Part shown: positions 29,429 to 39,751 of the stretch, piece after piece
Position numbering within the stretch: position 1 is the stretch's first letter
How the letters are laid out: each line of letters opens with the position of its first letter
DNA from: Anaerolineaceae bacterium
GTDB lineage: Bacteria > Chloroflexota > Anaerolineae > Anaerolineales > Villigracilaceae
Length of the DNA stretch: 64,000 bases
Direction: 5' to 3'
Assembly (NCBI GenBank): GCA_009885525.1
Contig: VFKN01000077.1
Coordinates: 5,779 to 69,778 of the forward strand
Notes under the pieces: generated by a model
The model's input: only the letters and a program-made list of their open reading frames with translations
Databases searched by the model: none
What the model was told of the DNA's origin: nothing
Made by a program: the position numbers and the translations under genes

Positions 29429-30502
29429 CTAAAAAAATCTCCGGGATTTTCCCGGAGATTTCTGCGCTATGCTCTTGACCATGCCGTTTTCGGTGATGAT
29501 GATCGGTAAATTGGGATATGTGCGCTCAATCCATTTGATGGAGTTGAAAATTCCCTCAGGAATATTCGCGAGGAAATTTGTGTCGCTCATATCCGCGCCT
29601 TTGGGGTATCCGCTGTTGGAGAATAATTCGCCGGGGCGCATCAGATCGAACCAGACTGTATCTACGGAATAATAATTTAAGCCGAGATAATCCTGCGTGC
29701 CTTTTGCTTCGGGAATATTTTGATTGCCCACCGGAGATCGCATCACACCCGTTGAAATCGCGGACGGGAATCCCATGTTGAGTCCTTCGTAGCGGATATT
29801 TTTCATGAGAATATCCAGCGGCGACCATTTCACGCGCGGAACCATCGGACGGTAATGGAGCGCGTATCCTACCCGCGCTTCGGGCTGCAACTCGTGGATG
29901 GCGCGATACGCGGCGGCATGTCCGCGGATCATATTTCCTAAGACGCGCATCGAGAGTTTGATATTTTTCTTTCCGGGCGGGAAATCGCCCAAAACATATC
30001 CACTCAAAGCATAGACATTCGGCTCGTTGATCGTGCACCACAGTGTGACATATTCCTTCAACGCGTCCACGATCTTGCGCGTGTATTTTTCAAAGAGCGG
30101 CACAATATCTTGATTCTCCCAACCGCCTTTTTCTGTAACCCAAAGCGGATCAGTGAAATGATGCAGGCTGACCAGCGCGGTCATGTTGCGTTCGCGCAAT
30201 CCGCGCAGCATGTTGCGATATTTTTCGATGGCTTCTTCATCCCAGGTATCGGGCGTGGGCTGAATACGACTCCATTCGATAGAAAGCCGATGCGCGTTCT
30301 GACCGGTTTCGGCGGCGCGGTCAAAATCCTCGCGCCAGCGTCCGCCCCACCAATCGGCAGCGAGACCCGATTTATGAATCATGTGTCCTGTTTCTTCCCA
30401 CTGATACCAATTGTTATTCGTGTTATTGCCTTCCACTTGATGGGAGGCAGTTGCCGTCCCCCATAAAAATCCTTTTGGAAAATGATACGTTGCTTGAGGC
30501 AT
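29429..30502 (-). pseudogene. Truncated inverted copy of the GH1 beta-glucosidase
   Basis: Near-identical to 4437..5460 up to ITENG, then unrelated sequence. Lacks the ~100 C-terminal residues, including DNFEW/RFGL. Confidence 0.88.
29431..29462 (-). terminator. Intrinsic terminator at the GH1 truncation point
   Basis: AAATCTCCGGGA / TCCCGGAGATTT hairpin plus T-tract on the minus strand. Confidence 0.7.
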
Positions 30503-30704
30503 TTTGGTTTCCTAGTCTTCTAGTCGGATAGTTTAAGTAGTTGGGGGATTGTATCAAAATTAATGGTCAAAATGTTGTACAATCGGGCATAGACCTCTGT
30601 TGGAGGTGTAGTAATTTTGAATACCTCATTCTACTCCCTAAATAATTTGATAATAACAAATTATCGCATTCTGTTCTCTCAACCTTTTATAAAGGGGCTT
30701 TCTT

Positions 30705-33700
30705 ATGTCACGAACACTTGAACAATGGGAAGCATATCTCGCTAACGCAATGCCGCGAGTTCGCTTATTGAGCGAACTCGGGCTCAACTACGAGGATATG
30801 TTAGAGATCGCAAATCTAATCAAGGGGGAGAATGCCAAGCAAACGAATATTCATCAAACAACCAGACATCTGATTGGCAGATTCCCATGCACCTTTGTCG
30901 CTTTTCTGGCGGCATTTGCCGCCCAAAACACCGAGCGCGAATTCTGGGATGCGGTCGCCAGATTGCTGGGAGTTACAGGAAGTGATTTAAACAACGCGAA
31001 ATGGCGCAATCACTTCATTGATATTCTCAAGCAATACAAAAAGCCCACTTTTGAAGATATTAGTTTTGTCTATGTTGCCAACATGCGCATTCATGGCGGA
31101 ATTCCTGCTTACTCGTTGCGGGATTTCTTTTCCAATATGCTGATGCCTTCCATCGAAAATCCCGAATATGTTGAATTAAAAGGCAGTGAGTTACTGGACG
31201 CGCTTTTGAATCGCTCGGCGGTTCAAATATTCACAGATTCCACTGTCCGAAACTTTTTTGAATATAGCGGTGAAATCGGCTTGGAGTATCTTGAATCCTG
31301 TCGCAGTGTGGCAAAGTCTTATAACTCCAGCAAACAGATTCCTGTCTTGCATGGGCTTCCCAATTACGTTGTTCAAAAACTGACCAACTTCCTCGAATAT
31401 CAGGAAGATGAAGCGCGCGGACTTAGACGCCCGAGAATTAAGTTTGACCCCGAAGGATATGGCTTGCTTCTGGAGTTACCCGAAGAGCCAATCAGCGGCG
31501 CGGATGTGCGCGGGAATCAAGTCCGCTGGCAGGTGATTCAAAATCAAAAACCGCTCCAAGAACAGCCCGCGCGTATCGTTCGTAGCGGCAGGGATATACA
31601 TAGCGAAGAGCAAAAACTTGTGCTTGGCTTTCTCATTGAGCCGTTTCAAGTCATATTCAGCCTGCCCAATCAAGATGGTGAGTTTGTCCAAATCCGTGTA
31701 TGGACGTTTGAACTTCGCTCACAGGATGCTCCCAATCTTTTGGTATTTCGCAGCGAGGATGGAAGCCTCTTGCGCTGGCCTCAGGCGCTCCCTGCCCTTG
31801 ACCTGCTGCTGGTTTACCCGAAAGATATTTCTCTTAAATTTGAAGGGGAAGCGCGCCTCATTCACTCCACTGATATTTACGCCGAAGGCTGGCAAAACTG
31901 GAGGGCGGAGTATCGCTCGCTTGCAGGCGGAACACTTTCATTGATCCGAAATGGCGAAACGCTTGCGATCATTCCAATTCAAAAACAGATGGAACTTCCG
32001 CGATTGGTTGGAGATGCCTTTACTCCTAATCTTGATTCCAAGCTGCTTTACATTGGCGCTGCTCCAACTTTGCGAATCCCATTGCGCCCAGGTGTTGATA
32101 TTGGCGATGAACTCAAACGCTGGCGCGTCGAGATTAATTCCGTGTGGGAAGCCGAGCCAGTTGTTCATCAGGACTTCAAGTTAATTGAAATTGAAAAATT
32201 ACATTTTTTATCGGCAGATGAATCCGCGCTGAAATTGGACCTGGCTGCTGTCTTGGGCAACGAACCAAAAGGAACGTACAACCTACGCGTGCGCGGTCCG
32301 CTCGAAACGGATATTGAAATCCCATTTCGAGTCTGGACATCGTTACTGATAAAGGATTTACCCGAATTTATCCTTCCTGCAAAAGATCAAAAAGTCACCT
32401 TGCATTTTGTGCTGCCTGCTCTGGCTTCACTTGAAGCGCAGGCAGGCGCGACTGGAATCAACATCACAGGTCAACATGGACAGTACGCCATTGAACTGGA
32501 TGAAAGCGTTTTGCAACTTAATTTGAACCTGACCTGGCAGCTGGAGACTTCAGTCATCCATGTGCTTTTTTCGCTGCCCGTTCCGCGCATTAAATGGCGT
32601 TTGGTTTTGGGAGAAGACTCTCAAGTTCAGTGGTCAAACCGTTCAATTTGCAAATCCGTGGACACCTTCCTGCAATCCAATCAATCTGCAGCGCTATTTG
32701 TCCAAATGCCAAGCCTCAAAGAACATGCAAGTCAATTGGTTTTGCGCCTGATTGATCCTGAAAACCCCAAGAAGATATTGCAAGAATTTCCAGTTCAAGC
32801 CAGCGTCTTGGGAAGCGACTATGCCCGCTTTTTGTTGAACGCAACAGACACAATCAACAGCCATTGCGATGTCTCTATTTTTGAATTTCAATTATTGCTT
32901 GTCAACAAAGAAGGCTTGTATCAGCCTGTTAGCCCGTTATCGCTCACGCGCAAGGTAGATGTATCGAATGTTCGCATTGAGGAAACTGGAGAAGGTTTAT
33001 TCCTGTTGTGGGACGAACCCTCTCCACTGCGAAATAGGCGCGTGTTTATCCGTTCTATGTGGAAAGTCTGGGAGGATGCGTGGAATATCAAAATCCCTGA
33101 CGACACGCGAGGAAAACTTAACCTACCTTCCGTTGTTAAGGATTTCATGCCTTCCTGGTATGAAGTCCACTTCTATGTTGCCCCATCGTGGGAAAAAGAT
33201 ATTACATCCGCACCTGAACATTCAACCTTTGTGGTCAAGGCGATTTCACCTGATATGGTCAACGCGATTTCACCTGAAGACCAAATTATTTGGTTGGAAG
33301 AAAATTTCCAAAAACACCCTGAACAATCCTTCATTAATCATTTCGAATGTGCTTGCATATATGTAGCCATAGAAAACGCAAGTAAACGCGAACAGGAAAT
33401 TCGATTGTGTTATTCACATCTTGAACAGGCAACACCAAAAGAAATATTTATGTTTCATGAATGGCTACAAAAGTATGATCTAAACACCAGAGGCGCGGTT
33501 CGTGTCAAACTGTACTATCCTGAACAACTTAAGCGTTTGTATGCTGCTTATAAATCTGACGATGAGTTTTGTCAAAAATATCTAGGATATGTTTCTCAAA
33601 CATATATCAAACCTGAAAGTGTTGTCTTGCTTCTTGAAAAAGAAAAAGATACTTTTATTATTTTTCATGCTTTAGAAGAATTGGTAAGATATAAAGATGA

Positions 33701-34694
33701 ACGTCTCTTGGAAATTCTTGCAAGCATGTTGGAAACAGGAAAATTGTCTGATTTAGACGCATTGAATCTACTTAAAAAAGAAGGTGAATATTTTCTCTTG
33801 GAATTAGTAGCGGTTCAGCCTAGCCCGATCAATTTGCGATTGTTATCAGGCTTGCTAAATGATAAAGATGAATGGTTGAACAGACTTTCAATAGAAAAAT
33901 TGCTTTCAACAGAAAAGTTGTTCATTCTGGCAAAAGCAGATTTAAATCCGCATATGACACAAAAATATCTCGGTGTTCTTATCGAGCGAGGAGATTCTCG
34001 CGGCGTTGAACTTGCTATGGAATTTGTCCAAAATGGACGGTTACAAGAAGATGAGGTAACTGAATTACTTGAAAAAAATCCAAGATTGTCCATGCAGGCT
34101 TTATCGGTGGCGTCATATGTTCATGCATATTCAGTACAGATGGAAAGGTTAACGCAAAAAGCCCCGTTAGGAACGGAGATGGTGTCCGTAGGCATGTTTG
34201 TTAATACGCCCATAGGCTGGGCACAAATTAAGTCAATAGTGGGAAAAAACAACACACGGGTAGCCTCTATGCAGGAAAGTCAGGTGCTATATTATTACGT
34301 AGACTTTAATTTAGATTTTCAATATCCTGTTAAGGCAGTCATAAACACAGAAGAGCAGGAACTGAGTTTCCCTCATACTAAGGAGATTTACAAATGTGAA
34401 CATTGTGAATTTTTGTCCGACGCCAAAATGCACTTTCATTATAAAACAGTACATCCTGGAGTAAGTCGATCAGTTACGTTAATCCCTTCACACATAAAGA
34501 TTCTTGAAGGTTTGCAGTTTAGCATGGCGCTTCCTAAAAAATTGAATAAAGGTTTACAAACCACTTTTGGGAAAGTTCCAACAGATCCTATGTCGATTAT
34601 AACTGCGCGGCAACGTGCATTTGCAGAATCTAAAAAACAAGTTCTCGCAGCCCAAAAGCAATATAAAAAATCTTTGGGCAAGAAGCAAAAGTAG
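30705..34694 (+). CDS. Large hypothetical protein, putative DruH-like partner of the helicase
   Basis: 1329-aa ORF with N-terminal helical domain (EFW...HGGIP), beta-rich middle, helical repeats and CxxC...H...H near the C-terminus. It lies 14 bp upstream of the helicase. Confidence 0.75.
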   Translation: MSRTLEQWEAYLANAMPRVRLLSELGLNYEDMLEIANLIKGENAKQTNIHQTTRHLIGRFPCTFVAFLAAFAAQNTEREFWDAVARLLGVTGSDLNNAKWRNHFIDILKQYKKPTFEDISFVYVANMRIHGGIPAYSLRDFFSNMLMPSIENPEYVELKGSELLDALLNRSAVQIFTDSTVRNFFEYSGEIGLEYLESCRSVAKSYNSSKQIPVLHGLPNYVVQKLTNFLEYQEDEARGLRRPRIKFDPEGYGLLLELPEEPISGADVRGNQVRWQVIQNQKPLQEQPARIVRSGRDIHSEEQKLVLGFLIEPFQVIFSLPNQDGEFVQIRVWTFELRSQDAPNLLVFRSEDGSLLRWPQALPALDLLLVYPKDISLKFEGEARLIHSTDIYAEGWQNWRAEYRSLAGGTLSLIRNGETLAIIPIQKQMELPRLVGDAFTPNLDSKLLYIGAAPTLRIPLRPGVDIGDELKRWRVEINSVWEAEPVVHQDFKLIEIEKLHFLSADESALKLDLAAVLGNEPKGTYNLRVRGPLETDIEIPFRVWTSLLIKDLPEFILPAKDQKVTLHFVLPALASLEAQAGATGINITGQHGQYAIELDESVLQLNLNLTWQLETSVIHVLFSLPVPRIKWRLVLGEDSQVQWSNRSICKSVDTFLQSNQSAALFVQMPSLKEHASQLVLRLIDPENPKKILQEFPVQASVLGSDYARFLLNATDTINSHCDVSIFEFQLLLVNKEGLYQPVSPLSLTRKVDVSNVRIEETGEGLFLLWDEPSPLRNRRVFIRSMWKVWEDAWNIKIPDDTRGKLNLPSVVKDFMPSWYEVHFYVAPSWEKDITSAPEHSTFVVKAISPDMVNAISPEDQIIWLEENFQKHPEQSFINHFECACIYVAIENASKREQEIRLCYSHLEQATPKEIFMFHEWLQKYDLNTRGAVRVKLYYPEQLKRLYAAYKSDDEFCQKYLGYVSQTYIKPESVVLLLEKEKDTFIIFHALEELVRYKDERLLEILASMLETGKLSDLDALNLLKKEGEYFLLELVAVQPSPINLRLLSGLLNDKDEWLNRLSIEKLLSTEKLFILAKADLNPHMTQKYLGVLIERGDSRGVELAMEFVQNGRLQEDEVTELLEKNPRLSMQALSVASYVHAYSVQMERLTQKAPLGTEMVSVGMFVNTPIGWAQIKSIVGKNNTRVASMQESQVLYYYVDFNLDFQYPVKAVINTEEQELSFPHTKEIYKCEHCEFLSDAKMHFHYKTVHPGVSRSVTLIPSHIKILEGLQFSMALPKKLNKGLQTTFGKVPTDPMSIITARQRAFAESKKQVLAAQKQYKKSLGKKQK

Positions 34695-34708
34695 GTATAA
34701 AGGTTAAA

Positions 34709-37700
34709 ATGCCAATTCATCCACTTGAAACCACCAAACACATCCGTCAAACTTACCTGCGTTACCTAAAAACAATCAAGCCGTTTCAAGACGAAGGTTT
34801 TCGTAATGCTTTTGCTTCTGCGTTGGAGGAGCCGAATTTGCTTGTCAAAGGTCCGCTGGTTGAAATTGCGCTTCCATACAAGAAGGACAAGAGCATTAAA
34901 GACCTTGTCGCGGATGGCATTTTATCTGCCAAATTTGCCGAGTTGAATTCGCCCGACCTGCCTTATGACCGCCCATTGTACGCCCATCAGGTCAAGGCGA
35001 TTAAGAAAGCGATCAAAGAAAGAAATCTGGTTGTTGCGACAGGCACAGGCTCAGGTAAGACTGAGACCTTCTTGGTTCCTATTTTGAATTACCTCTTTCG
35101 AGAAGAAGAAGCGGGAACATTGAATCAGTCTGGCGTCCGCGCCATGCTGCTTTATCCAATGAACGCACTGGCGAACGACCAGATGAAACGTCTGCGCCGC
35201 CTTTTACAGTTCTACCCGAAAATCACATTTGGTCGTTATATTGGCGAGACAGATTATTCCGCTTCCAGGGACAAAGCAATAGAGGGTTTCAAGAAAATAT
35301 ATCCGCAAGAGCCAATCCTCAATAATGAGTTATTCACGCGCCCTGAAATGCAGGCGACGCCACCGCATATTTTATTGACCAACTATGCAATGTTGGAATA
35401 CCTATTGCTGCGCCCCGCGGACTCTACATTATTCGATGGAGAAACAGGCAAGTACTGGCGTTTCATCGCCCTTGATGAGGCGCATGTTTACGATGGCGCG
35501 AATGCGACAGAAATGGCAATGCTCTTGCGTCGTCTGGCAGACCGTGTGGTGGGCGCTGAATTGGGCAAGTTACAAGTCATTGCCACAAGCGCGACTCTTG
35601 GTGGGGGAAGGAAGGATTTTCCAGAAGTCATTGAATTTGCGAAAAACCTCTTCAGCAAATCTTTCGAGTGGATTGAGGATGAATCTGACCGACAGGATAT
35701 TGTCGAAGCAGATCGCGTGCCAATTGAAAGCCTTGGAACCATTTGGGGAGCAGGCAATTCCGCACTGTACAAAGAAATGGTTGAACTGGTGGAGAAACGT
35801 CCATCGGACGACTCGGCGGCTATTGGCTATCTTGCCAGTTTTGACGCGCTATTTCAGAAATACAAATTACCTGCTCCGCTTCAAAGCGCCAATGATGAAG
35901 CCCAAAAAGAAATCCCCGCCGCATTACAGCGTTATCTTTATGAAATCCTGCGCGGAGACAAGAATGTTCATGCAGTATTAAACTCTCTCAAAGAAAAGAA
36001 TGCGCGTCAACTGGAAGATTTGGCAAAAGATGTATTCCCCAATGATATCGACTCTTCCGAAGCGTTGATCAACCTTGTCACATTGTCTGTCTTTGCGCGC
36101 GCAGATTCGGAAAGCATGCCATTGCTGCCCGCTCGTTACCATGTCTTCGCCCGCGCGTTGGAAGGCGCTTTTGTCTGCTTGAATGAAGAGGCGCATAAAA
36201 ATCTCCCCCCTGAAAAACAGGAAAGGTTGTTCCTGCGCAGGCAGAAATATTGTCCACATTGCAAAAGCCGTGTTTTTGAATTAGCAACCTGCACGCGCTG
36301 CGGAACTGCGTATTTGATAGGCGAGGAAAGACCCGGCTCCAGCATTCACGATGAGAAGGAAGGCTTCAAGCCCATAAGCAGCGGAACTTATTTGATCCAA
36401 AACAGCGTTTTATATAGTTCGCCAATCGCCAGAAAAACGGATTACTTCACCCTCGAAGCAAAATTTTCCGAGATGGATGAAGATGAATTTGTATCCGACC
36501 CAGATTCCGTTCCTGACGACTTAAATGAGAATTTGAATTCAAGTGAATTATTGTTATGCCGTTCATGCGGACGAACTAGGTCTGGCGATGCGGAAAAATG
36601 TGATTGTCAGGGTTCGTTTATAAAAATCAACAAAGTTGAAATGGGAAGAAAGAAAAATCTGCAAAGATGCGTCAGTTGTTCTGTCCGTTCCAGCGGCGGG
36701 GTTGTTTATCGTTTTCTCACAGGTCAGGACGCCCCCGTCAGCGTGATTGCCGATGCGCTTTACCAACATATCCCTGCTTCAAAAGAAAAAAACAGCGATG
36801 AGCTGCCCGGTCATGGACGCAAAATGCTGAATTTTACGGATAGCCGCCAGAACGCGGCTTTCTTCGCTCCATATTTGGAACGTGCCCACGAGAGAAATCT
36901 ACGCCGAAGGTTGATCATGCTGTCATTGCAAAAAGACCCCGAGGCAGCACAAGGGCAACTTCGGTTACAGACAGTCATGGAACGCTTGATGTTCCGCATT
37001 GATCAGGAAAATGTATTCCCTGTAAACGAATCCCTTTCCGATAAAGAAAAGCGCGTTGCAATCTGGATGATGCAAGAATTTTCTCCGCCATTAGACCGCA
37101 GAATCAGCCTGGAAGGTTTGGGGCTATTGCACTTCGAGCCTGATATTCCCGCAAACTGGATTGTCCCTGATTTTCTCCAAGCCGATCCCTGGAATTTTAG
37201 TCGCGAGCAGGCATTCCGTTTAATTGCAAATTTGCTCAACACACTTCGCTTCCAGGGCGCGATGACGTATCTTTTGAACAATAAGATTGATTTATTCCAA
37301 ACGGATAAAAATTCTTTTCATCCCCGCCCAACGACATCCAGTTTCAGGCTGGAGAAATCTGCAAAAGGCAAGGAAATCGTATTGAGCTGGATGTCCACTG
37401 CGCCATATGCAAACTCCCGTTCCGATTACCTGAAGCGTATTCTTATCAAAAGAAAATATAAATTCAGCGCGGATGAAGCCGTCAGAAAATTACTGAATGA
37501 ACTATGGACTTATCTACATTCCCCGTCAAGTCCGTGGGTAAGTTGTTTTGAAAACCGTGACATCCCCAGGGAAGGTTCTGTTAAAAGACTTTCTCATAAA
37601 ATGTGGAAGGTGATCCCAACAGGAGAAAACTATTCAGGTTGGATGGTTTGCGATAAATGCCAGAACATCACATTTGGGTCTGTTGATGATGTGTGTGCGA

Positions 37701-39688
37701 CTTACGCCTGCTCTGGCGCCCTAAATCATCTTACTGAAACATCCACAGGCTTCAAGGATAATTTATATAAAGATGAATACCTGACAAGCAAACCGATTGT
37801 ATTGATAGCCAATGAGCATACCGCGCAATGGACGGCTCGTGAGGCTGCAAACATTCAAAATCAATTCATACAGGGGAAGATCAATGTGTTGAGTTGTTCC
37901 ACGACCTTTGAATTAGGCGTGGACGTGGGCGATTTGCAGGCTGTTCTCATGCGAAATATGCCGCCTACCACAGCCAATTACATCCAGCGCGCGGGGCGGG
38001 CTGGTCGCCGCACGGACTCGGCTGCTTATGTACTTACGTTTGCACAGCGCCGCTCCCATGACCTGAATTATTTTATGAAGCCCGAAACAATGGTTTCTGG
38101 AAAGATCAAACCGCCCATTGCTGTTTTGTCCAATGAAAAAATCATCCGAAGGCATTTACATTCGGTTGTCTTTTCGGCTTTTTTTCGCTGGATCTATGAT
38201 TCTTATGGGAAAAGAATATTCAAAACAGTGTCTGAATTTTTGTTGGATGGCGAACAGGAAAAAGGGATAGACCTGCTCAAAAAGTTTTTAGATGAAAAGC
38301 CCAAAGGTGTTCGAGATGCCCTTTTACGAGTCGTCCCTGAAGGACTGCTGGACGATCTTGGGGTAAGAGATTGGACATGGATTGAAGGATTAACCAATTC
38401 CAACCAACCGAGAGCATTTGATCTTGCAGTTAATGATTATATAGACGAAATTCAAAAATTGGAAGAATTGCTTCAAGAAACGCACGAACGGAACAGCGCT
38501 CAAAGCGACCGAGAATCTCTGAGATTGCGAAAAATCATTGATCAAATCCGCGGCAGGCAATTTCTTGGCTTTTTGGGTACAAGAAATATTTTACCAAAAT
38601 ATGGTTTTCCGACCGATGTTGTTGAGTTAAAGACAAATCACCTTTCAACCATCGAGGAAGCAACAAAAGTCCAATTGGAGCGGGATCTTAGAATGGCTAT
38701 CTCTGAATTTGCGCCGGGCAGTGAAGTCGTAGCCGCAAAGCGAATTTGGAAAAGTCAGGGCATCCGCTTGCTGCCGAACAAAACATGGGAAGAGATTTAT
38801 TATGCAGTGTGCAAGAGTAGCACATGCAACAGATTTCATTGGGGTTATGCTGAATCTGAAATTCCCTCAGTTTGTTCTTCGTGCGGCGAAGAATTTCAAA
38901 CAAAAGCAAAATTTATTATCCCAGAACAGGGCTTTATAGCCGCCAATGAAACAGAAAGTCCTGGAGAAGATGTGCCTCAAAAAACATACGCGAGTCAGGT
39001 TTATTTTACTGAATATCGCGCTTTACAAAATAAGACACGAGATAAAAGCGAATTTCAAGTTGACGAGGCACTTACATCGTCTAATTTAAAGGTCTATAAA
39101 AAATATTCCCAACACGGCTGGCTGACATTGGTTAACAATGGTTTTGGGAATGGATTTAGGGTTTGCGGATATTGCGGTTGGTCTGAACCTGTAAATTTCC
39201 AAATAAAATTAAAGTCAACACATAAAAACCCTTTGACGGGAAAAGAATGCAAAGGCAGCACGAATACATACCATTTGGGTCATCGCTTTATGACCGATGT
39301 TCTGGAGATAAAGTTGGATGGAAAGGGGCATTTATTGCACAATCATTTTTCCATGATGTCATTAATGTATGCGCTTCTTGATGGAGCAAGCGAGGCGCTG
39401 GGTATTCGACGCGACGATATAGATGGCACTATGTTTTATAAAGATTTTCAACGCCCGCCCCATATGATTCTGTACGACAATGTGCCGGGAGGAGCTGGGC
39501 ACGTTGAGTGTATCAACAGAAAAATGCCGTTGGTTGTAGAAACCGCCTTAAGTAAAATCACAACCTGCGAATGTGGTGAAGATACGAGTTGTTATAATTG
39601 TCTTCGCAATTACCGAAACCAGTTTTATCACGATGATCTACAGCGTGGACTGGCTATTAAACTATTGGAAATGCTGTTGAATAAATAA
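34709..39688 (+). CDS. SF2 DEAH-box helicase with DUF1998 (MrfA-like Zn) C-terminus, DruE-like
   Basis: LYAHQ, ATGTGSGKT, YPMNALANDQ, TNYAMLEY, DEAH, SAT, FTDSRQ, TTFELGVDVG, YIQRAGRAGRR, several CxxC, and YDNVPGGAG...CECGEDTSCYNCL. Confidence 0.92.
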   Translation: MPIHPLETTKHIRQTYLRYLKTIKPFQDEGFRNAFASALEEPNLLVKGPLVEIALPYKKDKSIKDLVADGILSAKFAELNSPDLPYDRPLYAHQVKAIKKAIKERNLVVATGTGSGKTETFLVPILNYLFREEEAGTLNQSGVRAMLLYPMNALANDQMKRLRRLLQFYPKITFGRYIGETDYSASRDKAIEGFKKIYPQEPILNNELFTRPEMQATPPHILLTNYAMLEYLLLRPADSTLFDGETGKYWRFIALDEAHVYDGANATEMAMLLRRLADRVVGAELGKLQVIATSATLGGGRKDFPEVIEFAKNLFSKSFEWIEDESDRQDIVEADRVPIESLGTIWGAGNSALYKEMVELVEKRPSDDSAAIGYLASFDALFQKYKLPAPLQSANDEAQKEIPAALQRYLYEILRGDKNVHAVLNSLKEKNARQLEDLAKDVFPNDIDSSEALINLVTLSVFARADSESMPLLPARYHVFARALEGAFVCLNEEAHKNLPPEKQERLFLRRQKYCPHCKSRVFELATCTRCGTAYLIGEERPGSSIHDEKEGFKPISSGTYLIQNSVLYSSPIARKTDYFTLEAKFSEMDEDEFVSDPDSVPDDLNENLNSSELLLCRSCGRTRSGDAEKCDCQGSFIKINKVEMGRKKNLQRCVSCSVRSSGGVVYRFLTGQDAPVSVIADALYQHIPASKEKNSDELPGHGRKMLNFTDSRQNAAFFAPYLERAHERNLRRRLIMLSLQKDPEAAQGQLRLQTVMERLMFRIDQENVFPVNESLSDKEKRVAIWMMQEFSPPLDRRISLEGLGLLHFEPDIPANWIVPDFLQADPWNFSREQAFRLIANLLNTLRFQGAMTYLLNNKIDLFQTDKNSFHPRPTTSSFRLEKSAKGKEIVLSWMSTAPYANSRSDYLKRILIKRKYKFSADEAVRKLLNELWTYLHSPSSPWVSCFENRDIPREGSVKRLSHKMWKVIPTGENYSGWMVCDKCQNITFGSVDDVCATYACSGALNHLTETSTGFKDNLYKDEYLTSKPIVLIANEHTAQWTAREAANIQNQFIQGKINVLSCSTTFELGVDVGDLQAVLMRNMPPTTANYIQRAGRAGRRTDSAAYVLTFAQRRSHDLNYFMKPETMVSGKIKPPIAVLSNEKIIRRHLHSVVFSAFFRWIYDSYGKRIFKTVSEFLLDGEQEKGIDLLKKFLDEKPKGVRDALLRVVPEGLLDDLGVRDWTWIEGLTNSNQPRAFDLAVNDYIDEIQKLEELLQETHERNSAQSDRESLRLRKIIDQIRGRQFLGFLGTRNILPKYGFPTDVVELKTNHLSTIEEATKVQLERDLRMAISEFAPGSEVVAAKRIWKSQGIRLLPNKTWEEIYYAVCKSSTCNRFHWGYAESEIPSVCSSCGEEFQTKAKFIIPEQGFIAANETESPGEDVPQKTYASQVYFTEYRALQNKTRDKSEFQVDEALTSSNLKVYKKYSQHGWLTLVNNGFGNGFRVCGYCGWSEPVNFQIKLKSTHKNPLTGKECKGSTNTYHLGHRFMTDVLEIKLDGKGHLLHNHFSMMSLMYALLDGASEALGIRRDDIDGTMFYKDFQRPPHMILYDNVPGGAGHVECINRKMPLVVETALSKITTCECGEDTSCYNCLRNYRNQFYHDDLQRGLAIKLLEMLLNK

Positions 39689-39714
39689 TGACGCACCAGT
39701 ATCTTGGCATCAAA

Positions 39715-39747
39715 AAAACTCCGAGTTCTGCCAGACCTCGGGGTTTT
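39715..39747. terminator. Hairpin between convergent helicase and XDH subunit genes
   Basis: AAAACTCCGAG.TCT / AGACCTCGGGGTTTT inverted repeat. Confidence 0.6.
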
Positions 39748-39751
39748 GAAT

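Noticed and set aside
4437-30502. GH1 copies as DGR template and variable repeats
   Set aside because: The match is over 1 kb and the differences are mostly synonymous and not restricted to adenines.
35385-35981. 198-aa alternative-frame ORF inside the helicase, and similar shadow ORFs across the window
   Set aside because: They overlap well-supported genes, have no motifs or RBS, and are expected by chance at this GC content.
30705-39688. DISARM or restriction-modification system
   Set aside because: No methyltransferase, PLD nuclease or separate DrmA/DrmB. Helicase and DUF1998 are fused in one ORF.
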